Assembly (NCBI RefSeq): GCF_018350175.1 | Contig: NC_058368.1 | Span: 217,126,001 to 217,190,000 of the forward strand | DNA from: Felis catus | Lineage: Eukaryota | DNA: 64,000 nucleotides | Reading direction: 5' to 3' | Part shown: positions 1 through 11,414 of the stretch, piece by piece | Layout: the number at the start of each line of letters is the position of its first letter | Position numbering within the stretch: the first letter of the stretch is position 1 | Made by a program: the position numbers and the translations under genes | Notes under the pieces: generated by a model | Database searches by the model: none | Told to the model about the DNA's origin: nothing | The model's input: the letters and a program-made list of their open reading frames with translations, nothing else

Positions 1-66
1 GAGGAAAACCAGGAAACTGTTACAGAGTCTATTTCAGGAGAATGGTGAATGAAGCAATGAACCAAG

Positions 67-1304
67 TGATGAAGTTTTGGGATGATGGTGGGGGTTCGTG
101 GAGTCCAGAGCTGACAGCCAAGAAAGAATTCTTGAAGATGTCTTTGGTGCAAAAAGGTGATTTTATTAAAGCAGGACCCGTGGGCAGGAAGAGCTGTACT
201 GGAGTTGTGTAGAATGACTGGTTGTATACTACGGACTTGGGAGAGGTAAAGTCAAAGGGAAAGTTTCCTAAAAGACTTCTGTATGCTAATGTTAGGAGCC
301 AAGCTCCTAGGCCCTATGGAATGAGAGTTGGCGCAAAGAACCACACGGCACTCCGACGTCGGCAGAGAGTCTTTACTGGTGCACCAGGGCTCCCCAGTGT
401 TGGAAAGCGGGAGAGCCTCGATAAACGGGGTCACAGGTCTTTTATGCTATTTTGAGTCTTATTTGCATACAGGCTGGTGGTAGGCTCTCTGCTCGGTGAT
501 GGTTAGGGTTGTGGGTAGTTTCGTCCCGGGGAAGCTTGGGAAATGAAGTTTCTTTTGGCTGATGCAACTTGGAGCCCAGGCTGCGAAGCGGCTAGGGACC
601 TTCTGGTTAGGGTTGGGCGCGTAAGCAAGATTACTATGGTTGGGCGCGTAAGCAAGATTACAGAAGCGAGAGGAAAGCGGTTATCTATGTAGCAGCCTGT
701 ACAGCTCCCCCGGTGTCCAGATGTCTAACCGCAGAAATCCTGTTTGTTAACTAGTGGGAGTACAGGCTCTGCGAGTGAGGCGTTTACAAAGTTGAAGGTA
801 GGGTGGGGGTGTTTTAGTAAGCTAGACCAGGGGTCTCTCACTAAAGACGCACAGATTACTGAAGACCCAGCTATTGCCAAGCTAAATTTGTTTTTCCCTA
901 TAGCAAATCATTAACATTGAGACAGTAGGGAGAAACATTTTATTTTGCCTGCCTTAAGTATTTGTCAGTGGGCTGCAGGTTATAAGGAAACTTAATTTTA
1001 CCTGCCATTTCCTTCTTGCATTAGTTCCCCCTAGCACTATGGAGGGGTGATGTTAGGGCTCCAGGAAACTTGAGTCTATAGATTTCTGGAGATTAGGCTT
1101 TGATGAGATTGCCTTTTTCTTGTAATTTACTAAGATATTTGTATATTGATGGAGACTCTACCAATTTAACCATTTGTTTTTGTCTTTTCCTTTATCCTTG
1201 GGCAGTCAGGAGTGCCTGAGCAATGTCGCACATATCCCACCTGGGGGGAGGAGGGTAATGCTAGCTTGTGCTCGGCTCTCAGTTTGCCTTATGGTCCCTC
1301 ATCA
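67..1304 (-). mobile_element. Older carnivore ERV1-type solo LTR, interrupted by a younger LTR at 290-840
   Basis: TGATGA...TCATCA termini. Reverse complement aligns with the plus-strand LTR at 2212-2957 (e.g. aataaaatcacctttttgcaccaaag). Right end uncertain (1301-1304) and TSD degenerate. Confidence 0.8.
290..840 (-). mobile_element. Young gammaretroviral solo LTR, RD-114/ERV-DC (FcEV)-like, 551 bp
   Basis: Minus strand begins TGAGAGACCCC and ends GGCTCCTAACA. Perfect 4-bp TSD CTAA (286-289, 841-844). CpG-rich. Contains a CATAAAA TATA-like box, an AGTAAA polyA-like signal and a 27-bp U3 tandem repeat. Family assignment is from recalled similarity to RD-114 U3/U5. Confidence 0.85.
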
Positions 1305-2211
1305 AAAGGGCTCAAGAAAATGCAGATTTAGTACTGCATTTTGGGCTTGGAACCTGGTAGAGTTCTATCGATCTTTATGAGTATCTTTGTCTCCCAAATT
1401 CACAGTCACAATAGGAAAGAAATGGCCCAGTCAAACTAAGATATTGTGTGGCAGGCTCATTTATTCACAATAGGACTAATTAGGAATCCGCAAGTGGGAC
1501 AGACACTGTGTGAACCCAGGACTAATAGCAAACAGAGCTGTTACTACCCTTAGGCCTAGAGGACTGAGGGAGTGACTGACGGAAGCAAGGAAGGATCTAC
1601 AGATTGATTCTGGACCGGTAACTGTTTGCTAGAATAGCTAGGTAAAGAAACAGTGAGCTAGGTACAGAAATTAATAGCAAGCGTTTGCAAATTTTGATGG
1701 TAATTTGATAGAATAATTGTATGTTTGTTTTACCTATTAATAACAGTGTTTTGGATTATCTGGGAAAAAAAGAGCAGTATCTTTGAAAGGGTAGGAATGA
1801 AAGTCATTTTTGAGAGGGATACAAAGCGATTTGAGAAAGCAGAAATGAGTTAACAGATCCTTATAGAAGTCTTACTATGGAAAGAAACAACAAAATAATA
1901 GAGTAATAAGGGAGGCTTGTGGTATCCAGAGACTAATGAAATTTTGTTGTTTAAGTGGTTAGTGCTACTGTTTTTATTTTTGTCACTATTTTTTGTTATT
2001 TTAAGATGGAATGGCTGGGGCACATTTTTAGGATCCTGGGTTGTTCCAGTAGCTAAGGAGAAACAGATAATGCACAAGAGAGAAAGTGTAACCTGTGAGG
2101 TCAATAGAGTCACAGATTCTACGTGGAAGGGCAATAGTCAAGAGTCATCTAGAAAACAAACACGTTAGGGCAAGACTAAAGGTGGAGAAAGAATTCTTAA
2201 CTAGTGGAAAG

Positions 2212-2957
2212 TGATAACTTTCTAGTGGCAGCATAAGGCAACCCACAGGAACTAACCCACAGGAATTATTATGAGGTAAGGGGAAATGCAGGTCGTGGGA
2301 CAATATCAGGCAGAATTGCATATGGTATGTTAAATATTTTTGACTTTTCCTGTGGGTAACTAACTAGTGGCAGCATAAGGCAAGCTGACAGGCCGCAAAC
2401 ACCCTCCCCCACCGCAGGTGGGATATGTGTGATATTCCTCAGCATTCCTGGCTGCCCAAGAACAAAGGAAGGGGGAAAACAAAGGGTTAACTGATAAAGA
2501 TCATAGTTCTGCAGGACCTAAGTCTCCATCACCCCTCCACAGTGATGTGGGAAACAAAGGCAGAAGGAAATAGCAGACAGAACTAAAGCCCATTGAGAAA
2601 TACTGAAGCCTGGGCAGAGTAAAATGCTGCTCCAGGAACTCCCTAGGTCTTAATGCTAATGCTTTGCTAGAGGGAAAACAATCTTAGCCTGACAATAGCC
2701 AGGCCGCCAGGATCCTGGGAGTCTTCTTTAGCATATGAAAATCTCATTGGCAACTTCCTCTGGACTTTACCTCTCCCAACTCCATAATATAAAACCAGTG
2801 TCTCCTCCTGGTCCCCAAGCAGCTCTTTCTGCCCACGGGTCCTGTCCCCATGCTTCAATAAAATCACCTTTTTGCACCAAAGATGTCTTCAAGAATTCTT
2901 GCTTGGCGACTGGCTCCGGACCCCACGAACCCCACCGTCACCCAAAAAACTTCATCA
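2212..2957 (+). mobile_element. Carnivore ERV1-type solo LTR (same family as 67-1304) with rearranged 5' end
   Basis: TGAT...TCATCA termini, GAAAG direct repeat at 2207-2211 and 2958-2962, TATAAAA near 2788 and AATAAA near 2857. Confidence 0.8.
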
Positions 2958-3049
2958 GAAAGGAAATAAATATTAAGATATTTGGGATAAACGTTAATTG
3001 AGGATTTGAATAATAGTAGAACACAGGGGAGCCTAGAACTCTAGGTTCT

Positions 3050-3253
3050 GGGGTGCCTGGGTGGCTCAGTGGGTTAAGCAATCTGACTTGTGATTTCACA
3101 AGTCATGATCTCACTGTTCTTGGCATCATGCCCCGTGTCTGGCACTGTGCTGACAGCACAGAGCCTGCTTGGGATTTTCTTTCTACCTCTCTCCTGCTAT
3201 TCCCCATTCATTCTCTCTCTCTTTCTCAAAATAAATACATAAACTTAAAAAAT
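3050..3253 (+). mobile_element. CanSINE (SINEC)
   Basis: GGGGTGCCTGGGTGGCTCAG head, (CT)n tract, AATAAA/A-rich tail. Confidence 0.92.
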
Positions 3254-3275
3254 TAATAGAACCTAGAGTATTATT

Positions 3276-3517
3276 TTTTTTAATTTTTAATGTTTTATTT
3301 ACTTTTGAGAGAGAGAGAGACAGACAGACAGACAGAATATGAGCAGGGGAGGAGCAGAGAGAGAGGGAGACACAGAATCCATGAAGCAGGCTCCAGGCTC
3401 TGAGCCATCAACGTAGAATCCCTCAGAGCCCTACACATAGACTCGAACCTGTGAACCACGAGATCATGACCTGAGCTGAAGTTGAATGCTTAACCAACGG
3501 AGCCACCCAGGCACCCC
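3276..3517 (-). mobile_element. CanSINE (SINEC)
   Basis: Reverse-complement SINE. TSD agaacctagagtattatt / agaaccttgagaattatt. Confidence 0.92.
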
Positions 3518-3733
3518 AGAACCTTGAGAATTATTATGGGGTATGGGGAAATGCAGGCCGTGGGACAATATCAGGCAGAATTGCATATGGTATGTTAAAT
3601 ATTTTTGACTTTTCCTGTGGGGAGACGGTTCCACATTTATCTCTGGCATTCCACCATAGCTTGCAAAAGGTCACTGGTTGCCTTTATGCCACATTTTCTT
3701 TGCAAATATGTGGGCAGGGAAATAGTGGCCATG

Positions 3734-3777
3734 AAACAAAACAAAACAAAACAAAACAAAATAAAACAAAACAAAAC
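3734..3777. repeat. (AAAAC)n microsatellite
   Basis: Direct reading of the sequence. Confidence 0.95.
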
Positions 3778-5449
3778 CTGAAGCGGCAGAAAGGACTGAA
3801 ATGCAGGAGATATGGTAGAAGAGCAACCAAAGAAAAAAATTATAGAAACCTTCTTAAAATAAATATCAGCAGTGTTCAATGCTTCCTAGATCCAGTAAGA
3901 TGAGAACTAAGTGAGCCATTCAATCTTAGTAAACAGGAAGTGACCAGAGCCATGATACTGGTGATTAGATCCAAGTGAGCTGAGGAGTGAGTTTTGAATA
4001 AAGGGCGGGTGAAGATTTGTAGCAATGTTTTAGTGGAATCAAACAGCTAGGAATGCATGTCTAAGAAAGATTAGTGTTTGAAAATAGAAAAAAAAGAAGA
4101 GTATATTTTTATGCTACAGAATAACATCCCTTAGAACATTTGAAAAAGTAAAAGACAAGAAATAACTGTAGGTCCATCTTCCTTAAAGAGAATCTTTTGA
4201 AATGGAAGGGAAAAAAGAGTGGGCAGAGATGCAGCATAGTTTGTGGAAAATGAAGGAATTCTAGATGTAGAAACAAAGCTCTTTTAACGAGAGTTAAGAT
4301 GGTTCTGCCACAGGGAAGTTGAGGAGGTAGTTGGGAATTGCAATTTTGTATGGAAGCCAAGTCACCATGATCCAGGGCAATAGTTGAAAGTGTTTTCCAT
4401 TTGCATTCCAAAGAATCCCACAGCTGATCGGAACATTTGAACAGTGGAGTGATAATATCAAATATTCCAAAAGACAACTGAAGGATTTTCTTGGGCAGGA
4501 AAAAAAAAACAGACATCAACAATAAGACATCATATCCTTAATCTCTTATCTAACCATACTCTTTTAGAAATTCATGAACTCTTCATAGGACAGAAAGGAA
4601 GGGTAACCACTTTTGAGAAAGTGGCCCCTGGAGGTGCGCATCTCTGAAAGGCCCAGCTAATTGCCTCCGAGTGTTCCTCCAGGCTGACAGCAGTAAATCA
4701 GAGAACATTTGGATGGGATAGCAGTGCCAATTCCCTCTGGCTATAAAAAGTTTATTAGATTAGATGATTTAAATCACTTTTCAGCTAAAAGCATCTATGA
4801 TTTATGTAGATTTTTCTTTGTATTCTAGTCCTTGTATGCTCTTTGGGTCCATATTCACTACTCAATTGTATGCTCCCTTAGGGCAAGGAGTAGGTGCTAT
4901 TCATTTTTCCTCAGTCCAGAAGGACTTTCTATTTCTGTGTGTAAAATATATGTTCAAAACCTAAAATCATAGACACAGTAGCAAAAAAAAAAAAAGGTGT
5001 TTGATAAAGAACCAAAAATGTATTTTCATCAGGAAAAAGCACCCAAATAATATCAAATAGTCATCATTTCTACTTTAGAGCTGGAAAGGCAAAATTTAGA
5101 GCTGGAAAGGAAGTTTGAGATGGAATGTGCCCCCTTTGGTATATCTGGCACTTTCAGAAATAATTGAAAGGAATCCAGAAGGGAGAGCTCAAAGTGGCCC
5201 TCAAAGATTTTACAGATGACCTCTTTCCATGGAAATAGTGTTAGCCAATAATTTTATATTGCATATGTGATATAGAATTTGTGCAGACTTTGATATTCCT
5301 TTATTTGTGATATTAGCACCTGCTGAAATAATAAATGGCTGAGACAGATTTTCATGCAATGTCAGTGATCCTTACCTGTAGAGCTGCTATAAGGAACTGA
5401 TGAAATTGATTGGTAATTGCTTTGCACCAAATTTGTCACAAGATGAGCA

Positions 5450-5906
5450 TGTACCAGCTAGGGCTACCATGAGAAAACACCACAGACTAAGTGGCTCAAA
5501 CAACAGAAATGTATTTTCTTGCAGTTCTGGAAGCTAGAAGTCCAAGACCAAAATGTGGGCAGTTTCTGCTCTGCTGAGACTTCTCTCCTTGCCTTGTAAA
5601 TAGCTGCCTCTCCCTGTGTTGTCACGTGGCCTTTTTTCTACACATATCCCTAGTATCTCTAACTCTTTTTATAAAGACACCAGTCAGAGTGGATTAGAAC
5701 CCACCCAAGGGCTTCCATTTAATTTAATCATCTCCTTGACTGCTGTATCTCCAAATATAGTCGCACAGATTAGGGCCTACTCATACGATTTCATTCAAAC
5801 TTAAATACTTCTTTAAAGGCCCTATTTCCAAATATTACATTCAGAGAGTCTGGAGGTTGAGCCTTCAACATACGAATGTTGGGGGATGCACAATTCAGCC
5901 CATAAT
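5450..5906 (-). mobile_element. MaLR LTR (MLT1 family)
   Basis: Diagnostic motifs aaacaacagaaatgtattttcttgcagttctggaagctagaagtccaag and ...cacaattcagcccataa. Confidence 0.8.
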
Positions 5907-6024
5907 AAATTTTATTATCATTATTATTATTCAAATAGTTTGGCAACATTGCTATTCAACTGCCATAGCTAGGTAAGGAGCTCCAAAGTGTTTCTATAAG
6001 TTGTAAGGAGTTTGTTTCCTTTAT

Positions 6025-6545
6025 ATACCCTGGTGTGAGAAATCATTTCAAAACATGGTGGCTTAAAACAAACATTTTCCTTCACAATTCTGTGTATCAG
6101 GAACGTGGAAAAGGTTTGGCCCAAATGGTAGACCTTTGTCAACATTGTATCTAGCGGGCGTGGCCTGGCCTGATGAGTTAGTTTTTAGAATTGCTGTACA
6201 CTCATAACTTTCAGTCTCTCTGTCTAAACCATTCCACATGAAGTTCCATCTTCCAGGTCTTTTCCACATGACTTGGGCTCTTCACAACATGATAATCACA
6301 GGGTAGTTGGTCTTCATACATGATAGCTGGTTCCTAGGGCAGGAAGTGGAAATTGCCAGACTGGATAAGAGCTATGCCTGGACCAGCACGATCTCACTTC
6401 TGCCATGTACTGAGGATCTAGGCAATCACAGAACCTGCATAAATTCAAGGGAGTTAAGAAATAGATTACATTTCGTGGTGAGAAAGAAAGTCAAATTGCA
6501 GAAGAGTATGTGGAATGGAAATGTTTTTGTGGCTATTTTTGTAAA
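6025..6545 (-). mobile_element. Old MaLR LTR (MLT1H/K-like), degenerate
   Basis: ggtggcttaaaacaaaca...cacaattctgtgtatcaggaa start, cacttctgccatgtac and gtggctattttt toward the end. Confidence 0.55.
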
Positions 6546-7424
6546 ATTGGATGGGCATTAAGTGTGATTTGGGATGATTTACTACAGTGGACCTCTTCTG
6601 AAAGGAGAAATCCTTCCAAAAATAGCAGCTGACTCTACAAAGCAAAGTTGCAAGTACCAAAATGAAAAAAAATAGGGTTATTTTAGAATAACTAAATCAG
6701 TTTTAATGAAACCCCTTCAGTTTCTAATCTTTTGCTCATGATATTTTCCAGCTTTGAATTTTTCTGCCCTTCTTTTGCATGTGCACACACACATACACAC
6801 AGACATGAACACTACACAACACACACACATGCACACGCACACACACTATCTTTTTCTCAGCAACTTCGATTTATCCTTTAAGTGTCAACTTCCCAAAACT
6901 CTCAAGTCTTACTAAGAAAAGGTTAATTGCCTCTTTTCATAACATTTTCCATTGAATTTGAATAAAAATGCAATTTGCTTGGATTTCCTGGAAGACTTGA
7001 AGGTCTGGAAAAAGTTCTCTATTACTCATCATTTTCTCTCATTTTTCCCAAAGTGACTGGAATATACTAGATACTCAATATATATTTGTTGAATAATTGG
7101 AAAAAATGCATCAAAGTACCATAGCATGGATTAAATTTTCCCAATGGTTTAAAATAATGTTGGGTAATGGAATATGGAGACTTGATTCCACAGCAACTGG
7201 CTTTTGTATCGAAACTAATTATTACTATTTGATTTTGACTTTTGAAAATAATACTTCTACAATACAAGGATTATTTTTTTAAGTGTTCATGAGTTAGTCT
7301 AAGGCTAATTATCTGAAACTCAGAGTGGATCTTAAAATATTTTAAGAGCTTAACTTTTTGCATTGAAATACTTTCAGTCGATATTTCCATATCTTCTATA
7401 AAATAACATATTTCAGGATATTTA

Positions 7425-7639
7425 TTTTATTTTATTTTTTATAGGTTTTTTAAATTTTTATTTATTTTTGAGAAAAAAGAAAGTGCAGGAGAGGGGCAGA
7501 GTGAGAGAGGGAAACAGGATCCAAAGGAGGCTCTGTGCTGACCCGAAAAAGCCCAATGTGGAGCTTCGACTCACAAGCTGTGAGATCATCACCTGAGCCA
7601 AAGTTGGACGCTTAACAAACTGAACCACCCGGTTGTCCC
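7425..7639 (-). mobile_element. CanSINE (SINEC)
   Basis: SINE body with degenerate TSD tatttcaggatattta / tatttggggatattta. Confidence 0.88.
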
Positions 7640-8177
7640 TATTTGGGGATATTTAAACAAGAAATGTTTTTTTTTTTTTTTATGAAATAAATAGCAGATA
7701 GAGTAAATTTCTAAATTTATACCACACTTTTCTTTTAACATCACTTCTTTAGAATTAGTACAAACATCTATTATCACTGAAGAAATATCAAGGGATACAA
7801 GCAAGAAAGAGGAAAACAAAAGTGGTACATAATCTTATCAAATGTTTCTTACTTATCAATAAAATTTAAATATATATCCATGTACACAGTTTTTCATATG
7901 ATGTCAAACAAAGTGGTTTATACAGACTTTCTGGACTTTTACAATATGGAGCAGAGAACAGACTGCCACAAAGAAATTAAATAAAAACCAAAGCATTAAA
8001 TGTATACATTCAATGCAAGAAAATTAAGTACTTTATGGCTTTATTATGCTTGTATAACACCTTTACTGACATATAGCAATACTGCTTAATCTCAGGTCTA
8101 AATCTTTAACATATCTTTTGTTCATCTGTATAACAGAAAAACAATCTATAAAATGCTCAGAAACTCCACACTAAGTG

Positions 8178-8486
8178 TGAGGAAGTCAGAGGCTATGCCA
8201 CAGAGTAAGAATTCATGTCCCTTCAAAGGTCCTTCTAGCTGGACTCAGAATTAAGTTGACATGAGCGTTTGCCCTGCCATTACAAATGGGTCACTCATAT
8301 AACATTTATTTCTGTTAATAACTTTTATTCTGGGAAAGACCCCCAATTTAGATTTTTCTGCATAATTAAGGGAGGGACAAAAGTTTCTCTTGAGCCCGCC
8401 ACGTCTCAGGTGCCTTCAGCACAAAATAATCCACATGCCAAAGTGGCACATTCTGGGGAAAGAGGGTCCTGTCCTGAACTTCTTTA
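8178..8486 (-). mobile_element. ERV1 (MER4-group-like) LTR remnant
   Basis: cttcagcacaaaataatccacatgccaaagtggcacattctgggg motif typical of MER4-group LTR ends. Confidence 0.55.
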
Positions 8487-8586
8487 GTTATATGTTAATT
8501 AAAATTGAGAATTGCCTTTATATAGCTAAGATCTCAATGTTTAACTTATTTTTAGAGGTTAAAATGTTATAGAAATGTTAGTATGG

Positions 8587-8839
8587 GGGGCGCCTGGGTG
8601 GCTCAGTCTGTTAAGCATCCGACTTCAGCTCAGGTCATGATCTCGCAGTCTGTGGGTTCGAGCCCCACGTCGGGCTTTGTGCTGACAGCTCAGAGCCTGG
8701 AGCCTGCTTTAGATTCTGTGTCTCCCTCTTTCTCTGACCCTCTCCTGTTCATGCTCTCTTTCTCTCTCTCTGTCTCTCTGTTTCTCTGTCTCTCTGTCTC
8801 AAAAATAAATAAATGTTAAAAATTTTTTTAAATAAAAAA
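8587..8839 (+). mobile_element. CanSINE (SINEC_Fc)
   Basis: Full head, (CT)n and tail. Perfect TSD agaaatgttagtatgg (8571-8586, 8840-8855). Confidence 0.95.
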
Positions 8840-9652
8840 AGAAATGTTAGTATGGAAACTTCCTTTGAAAACTTGGAAAAGGTTTTCATATTCTAGATTT
8901 GTGTGATTTGAGAGTGCATCTTTTTTGGAAGAAAATGTGTTTTACAGTTTTCTTTTTTTTTTCCTCAGTTAATATTCAAGGAAAGTTTTCTTTAAAATTT
9001 CATGGGAGATGTCACCTATAATTTTCCAATATCTCCAGATCAAGACAGTCTTTGAATTTCTGTACTTGATATAATTGACAACACATTTCACATAATGCAA
9101 ATCTAAATTATTATTCAACAATGATAAAGCTAGATTGAAGGCCATAATTAACAATGGCCATATGAAAGAAACATTTGAAGATTTGGTAACAGTACAAACA
9201 TATTAAAACATAGTGTTCTTTTGATTTTATAAACAACTTTGATGTAACAAAATTCCCTTCTATATCACATTTTGATTGATGTTTTTCATGAAAAGAAAGT
9301 AAAGTAAGGGCTTTATCTCCTACAGCCATTTAAGATAATATTTGACTTCCTTAATTTCGTTCACCTTCAAAGTACCTTCATTGATGTAGTGACTTGATTG
9401 CAAGTGTTAGTAATGTTAAGTTTACGATATTATGCATCCCATTTTATATAAGTAAAAACATTTCCATTTTAAATTAGTTAAAATCTAGAACTATTTGTTA
9501 AGAAGTCAATTTATAACACAGTACAAGGATTGTGCGGTTTTAGATTATCTTATCACACAAAGGCAAGACAAGTCAGTACCCCTCCATCCCTGACACCCTA
9601 TACCTTTGGGTTAATGAATATTCCTCAGTACTTTTGTTTGCAATCAATAGAT

Positions 9653-10755
9653 TTTGTTTTTTAGAGCAGTTTTAGGTTTAGGTGGTGGAAAGTACAGAGA
9701 GTTCTCATAGACTCCCTCACCACCTACCTCCCACAGTTTCCTGTATTATTAACACCTTATGTTAGTGTTACATATTTATTACAATAAATGAGCCAATATT
9801 GACACGTTATTATTAAGTAAAGTTCATAATGTACATTAGAGTTGACTTTTTTTATTGTACAATGAGTTTTGACAGATGTATAATGTATAATGACATGTAT
9901 CCACCATTATAGTGACCAACAGACTAGTAGCCTCATTACCCTAAAAACCCCCTATGTTCCAAGGGATCACCACCACTCACCCAGCCCCTAAAATCCTTGA
10001 TATTTTTGACTGTCTTCATGGTTTTGCCTTCTTCAGAAAGCCAGACAATTGGAATCATACAATATGTAGAATTTTCAAACTGATTGCTTTCACTGAGAAA
10101 GACGCATTGAAGTTTCTCCCTGTTGTTTTGTGGCTCGACAGTTCTTTTGTTGTTGTTGTTATCTCTGAATAATATTCCGTTATATGAGTATACCACAGCT
10201 TCTTCACCGATTGAAGTATATTTTGATTGCTTTGAAGCTTTGGCAAGTATGAATACGTATTCTATAAAACATGCAGGCTTTTGTTTGGAGATAAATGTTC
10301 AATACCTTTGGGTAGTAAAAGCAAAGAGTGCAATGGCTGGGCCATATGGTAACAGGAAGTTAGACTTTGTAAGGAAGTGCCAAAGTGTTTTCCAATGCAG
10401 TTGCCTATACATCCCCACCAGCAAGCAAGGAGAGAGTTCCTGTTGCTCCACAAGCTCAACAACATTTGGTGTTGTGAATTTTAGTTATTCTGATAGGTGT
10501 GCACTGGTACCTTGTTTTAATTTACAATTCTCTAATGATAAATGATGTCGAGCATCTTTTCCTGTATGTACTTGCTTTCTGAATGTCTTATTTGATGAGG
10601 TGTCTTTCTAGATCTCTTCTCCAGTTTTTTAAATTGGGTTGTTTTCTTAATGCTAAGTTTTAAGAATTATTTGTATGTTTTGAATACCCATCCTGAATCA
10701 GTTATATGTTTTCCGAAGATTTTTTACTAGTCGGTTGCTTGTCCTTTCATTCTCT
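9653..10755 (-). mobile_element. Ancient L1M (L1MB/L1MC-like) 3' end
   Basis: tttttagagcagttttaggttta...aaagtacagagagttc 3'UTR motif followed by degraded ORF2 C-terminal sequence. Confidence 0.75.
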
Positions 10756-10914
10756 ATATCTCATCTCTATAAACACATATTCTTTTTGTTTAAGTTTAAT
10801 TGTGGAAGGAAAATTTTAATGTAAGGTACTCATTACCATTATCCATTATAACTTACAGTTTAGAGAGACAGCTGGCTTCCATGTTGAAGCTAATTTGCTA
10901 TATTAAGACCAATT

Positions 10915-11108
10915 TTATTTAATTAATTAATTTATTTATTTTTAAACTTCTTTTAAGTTAATTTTTATATATTTTGAGAAAGATGCGGACAGCAAGTGAT
11001 ACAGGGTCAAAGAGAGAAGGAGGCAGAATCCCAAGCAGGCTCCAACCTATCAGTGCAGAGCCTGATGTGAGGCTCAAACTCACAAACTATGAGATCATGA
11101 CCTGCTCA
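10915..11108 (-). mobile_element. CanSINE, 5'-truncated
   Basis: T-rich tail, agaatcccaagcaggctcc, gagatcatgacctg. Confidence 0.8.
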
Positions 11109-11414
11109 AAATCCAGGAAATCTCCCTGTGGTCCCCAGGCATTCCCTGTAAATTTTAGCCCGTGCTGCCTTGGCCTACTTTCTAGTGATGTTCATAGACT
11201 TTTCTGGAGTACATGATGGTAATATGTACTGTACCTGGATATAGGACCTAGGGTTCTGGATCTAGGGTTCTGGATCTAGGGTCTATCAAATGTTTCTTTA
11301 TCACCCTTCATTTCTTCCATCTGAGCTTCTGATACCATGAGATACTTGCAGCTGTGATGCTTGGTTTTTTCTTGCTCATATTTTAAAGTTTTGGGGGATA
11401 TATTGTTATGGAAT

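Noticed and set aside
1305..2211. Internal proviral sequence between the two same-family LTRs
   Set aside because: The LTRs are in opposite orientation, the second has its own TSD, and I see no PBS or gag/pol/env similarity.
4109..4522. 137-aa minus-strand ORF
   Set aside because: Non-ATG start, antisense to purine-rich L2-like sequence, no convincing splice sites or homology.
5370..5380. Isolated strong splice donors (CAG|GTAAGG here, AAG|GTGAGT near 48519, plus-strand CAG|GTAAGT near 29753)
   Set aside because: No paired acceptor or open frame; such motifs are expected by chance in 64 kb.
10123..10545. 140-aa ORF with a signal-peptide-like start
   Set aside because: Lies antisense within a decayed L1M; the Leu run comes from a (TTG)n repeat.
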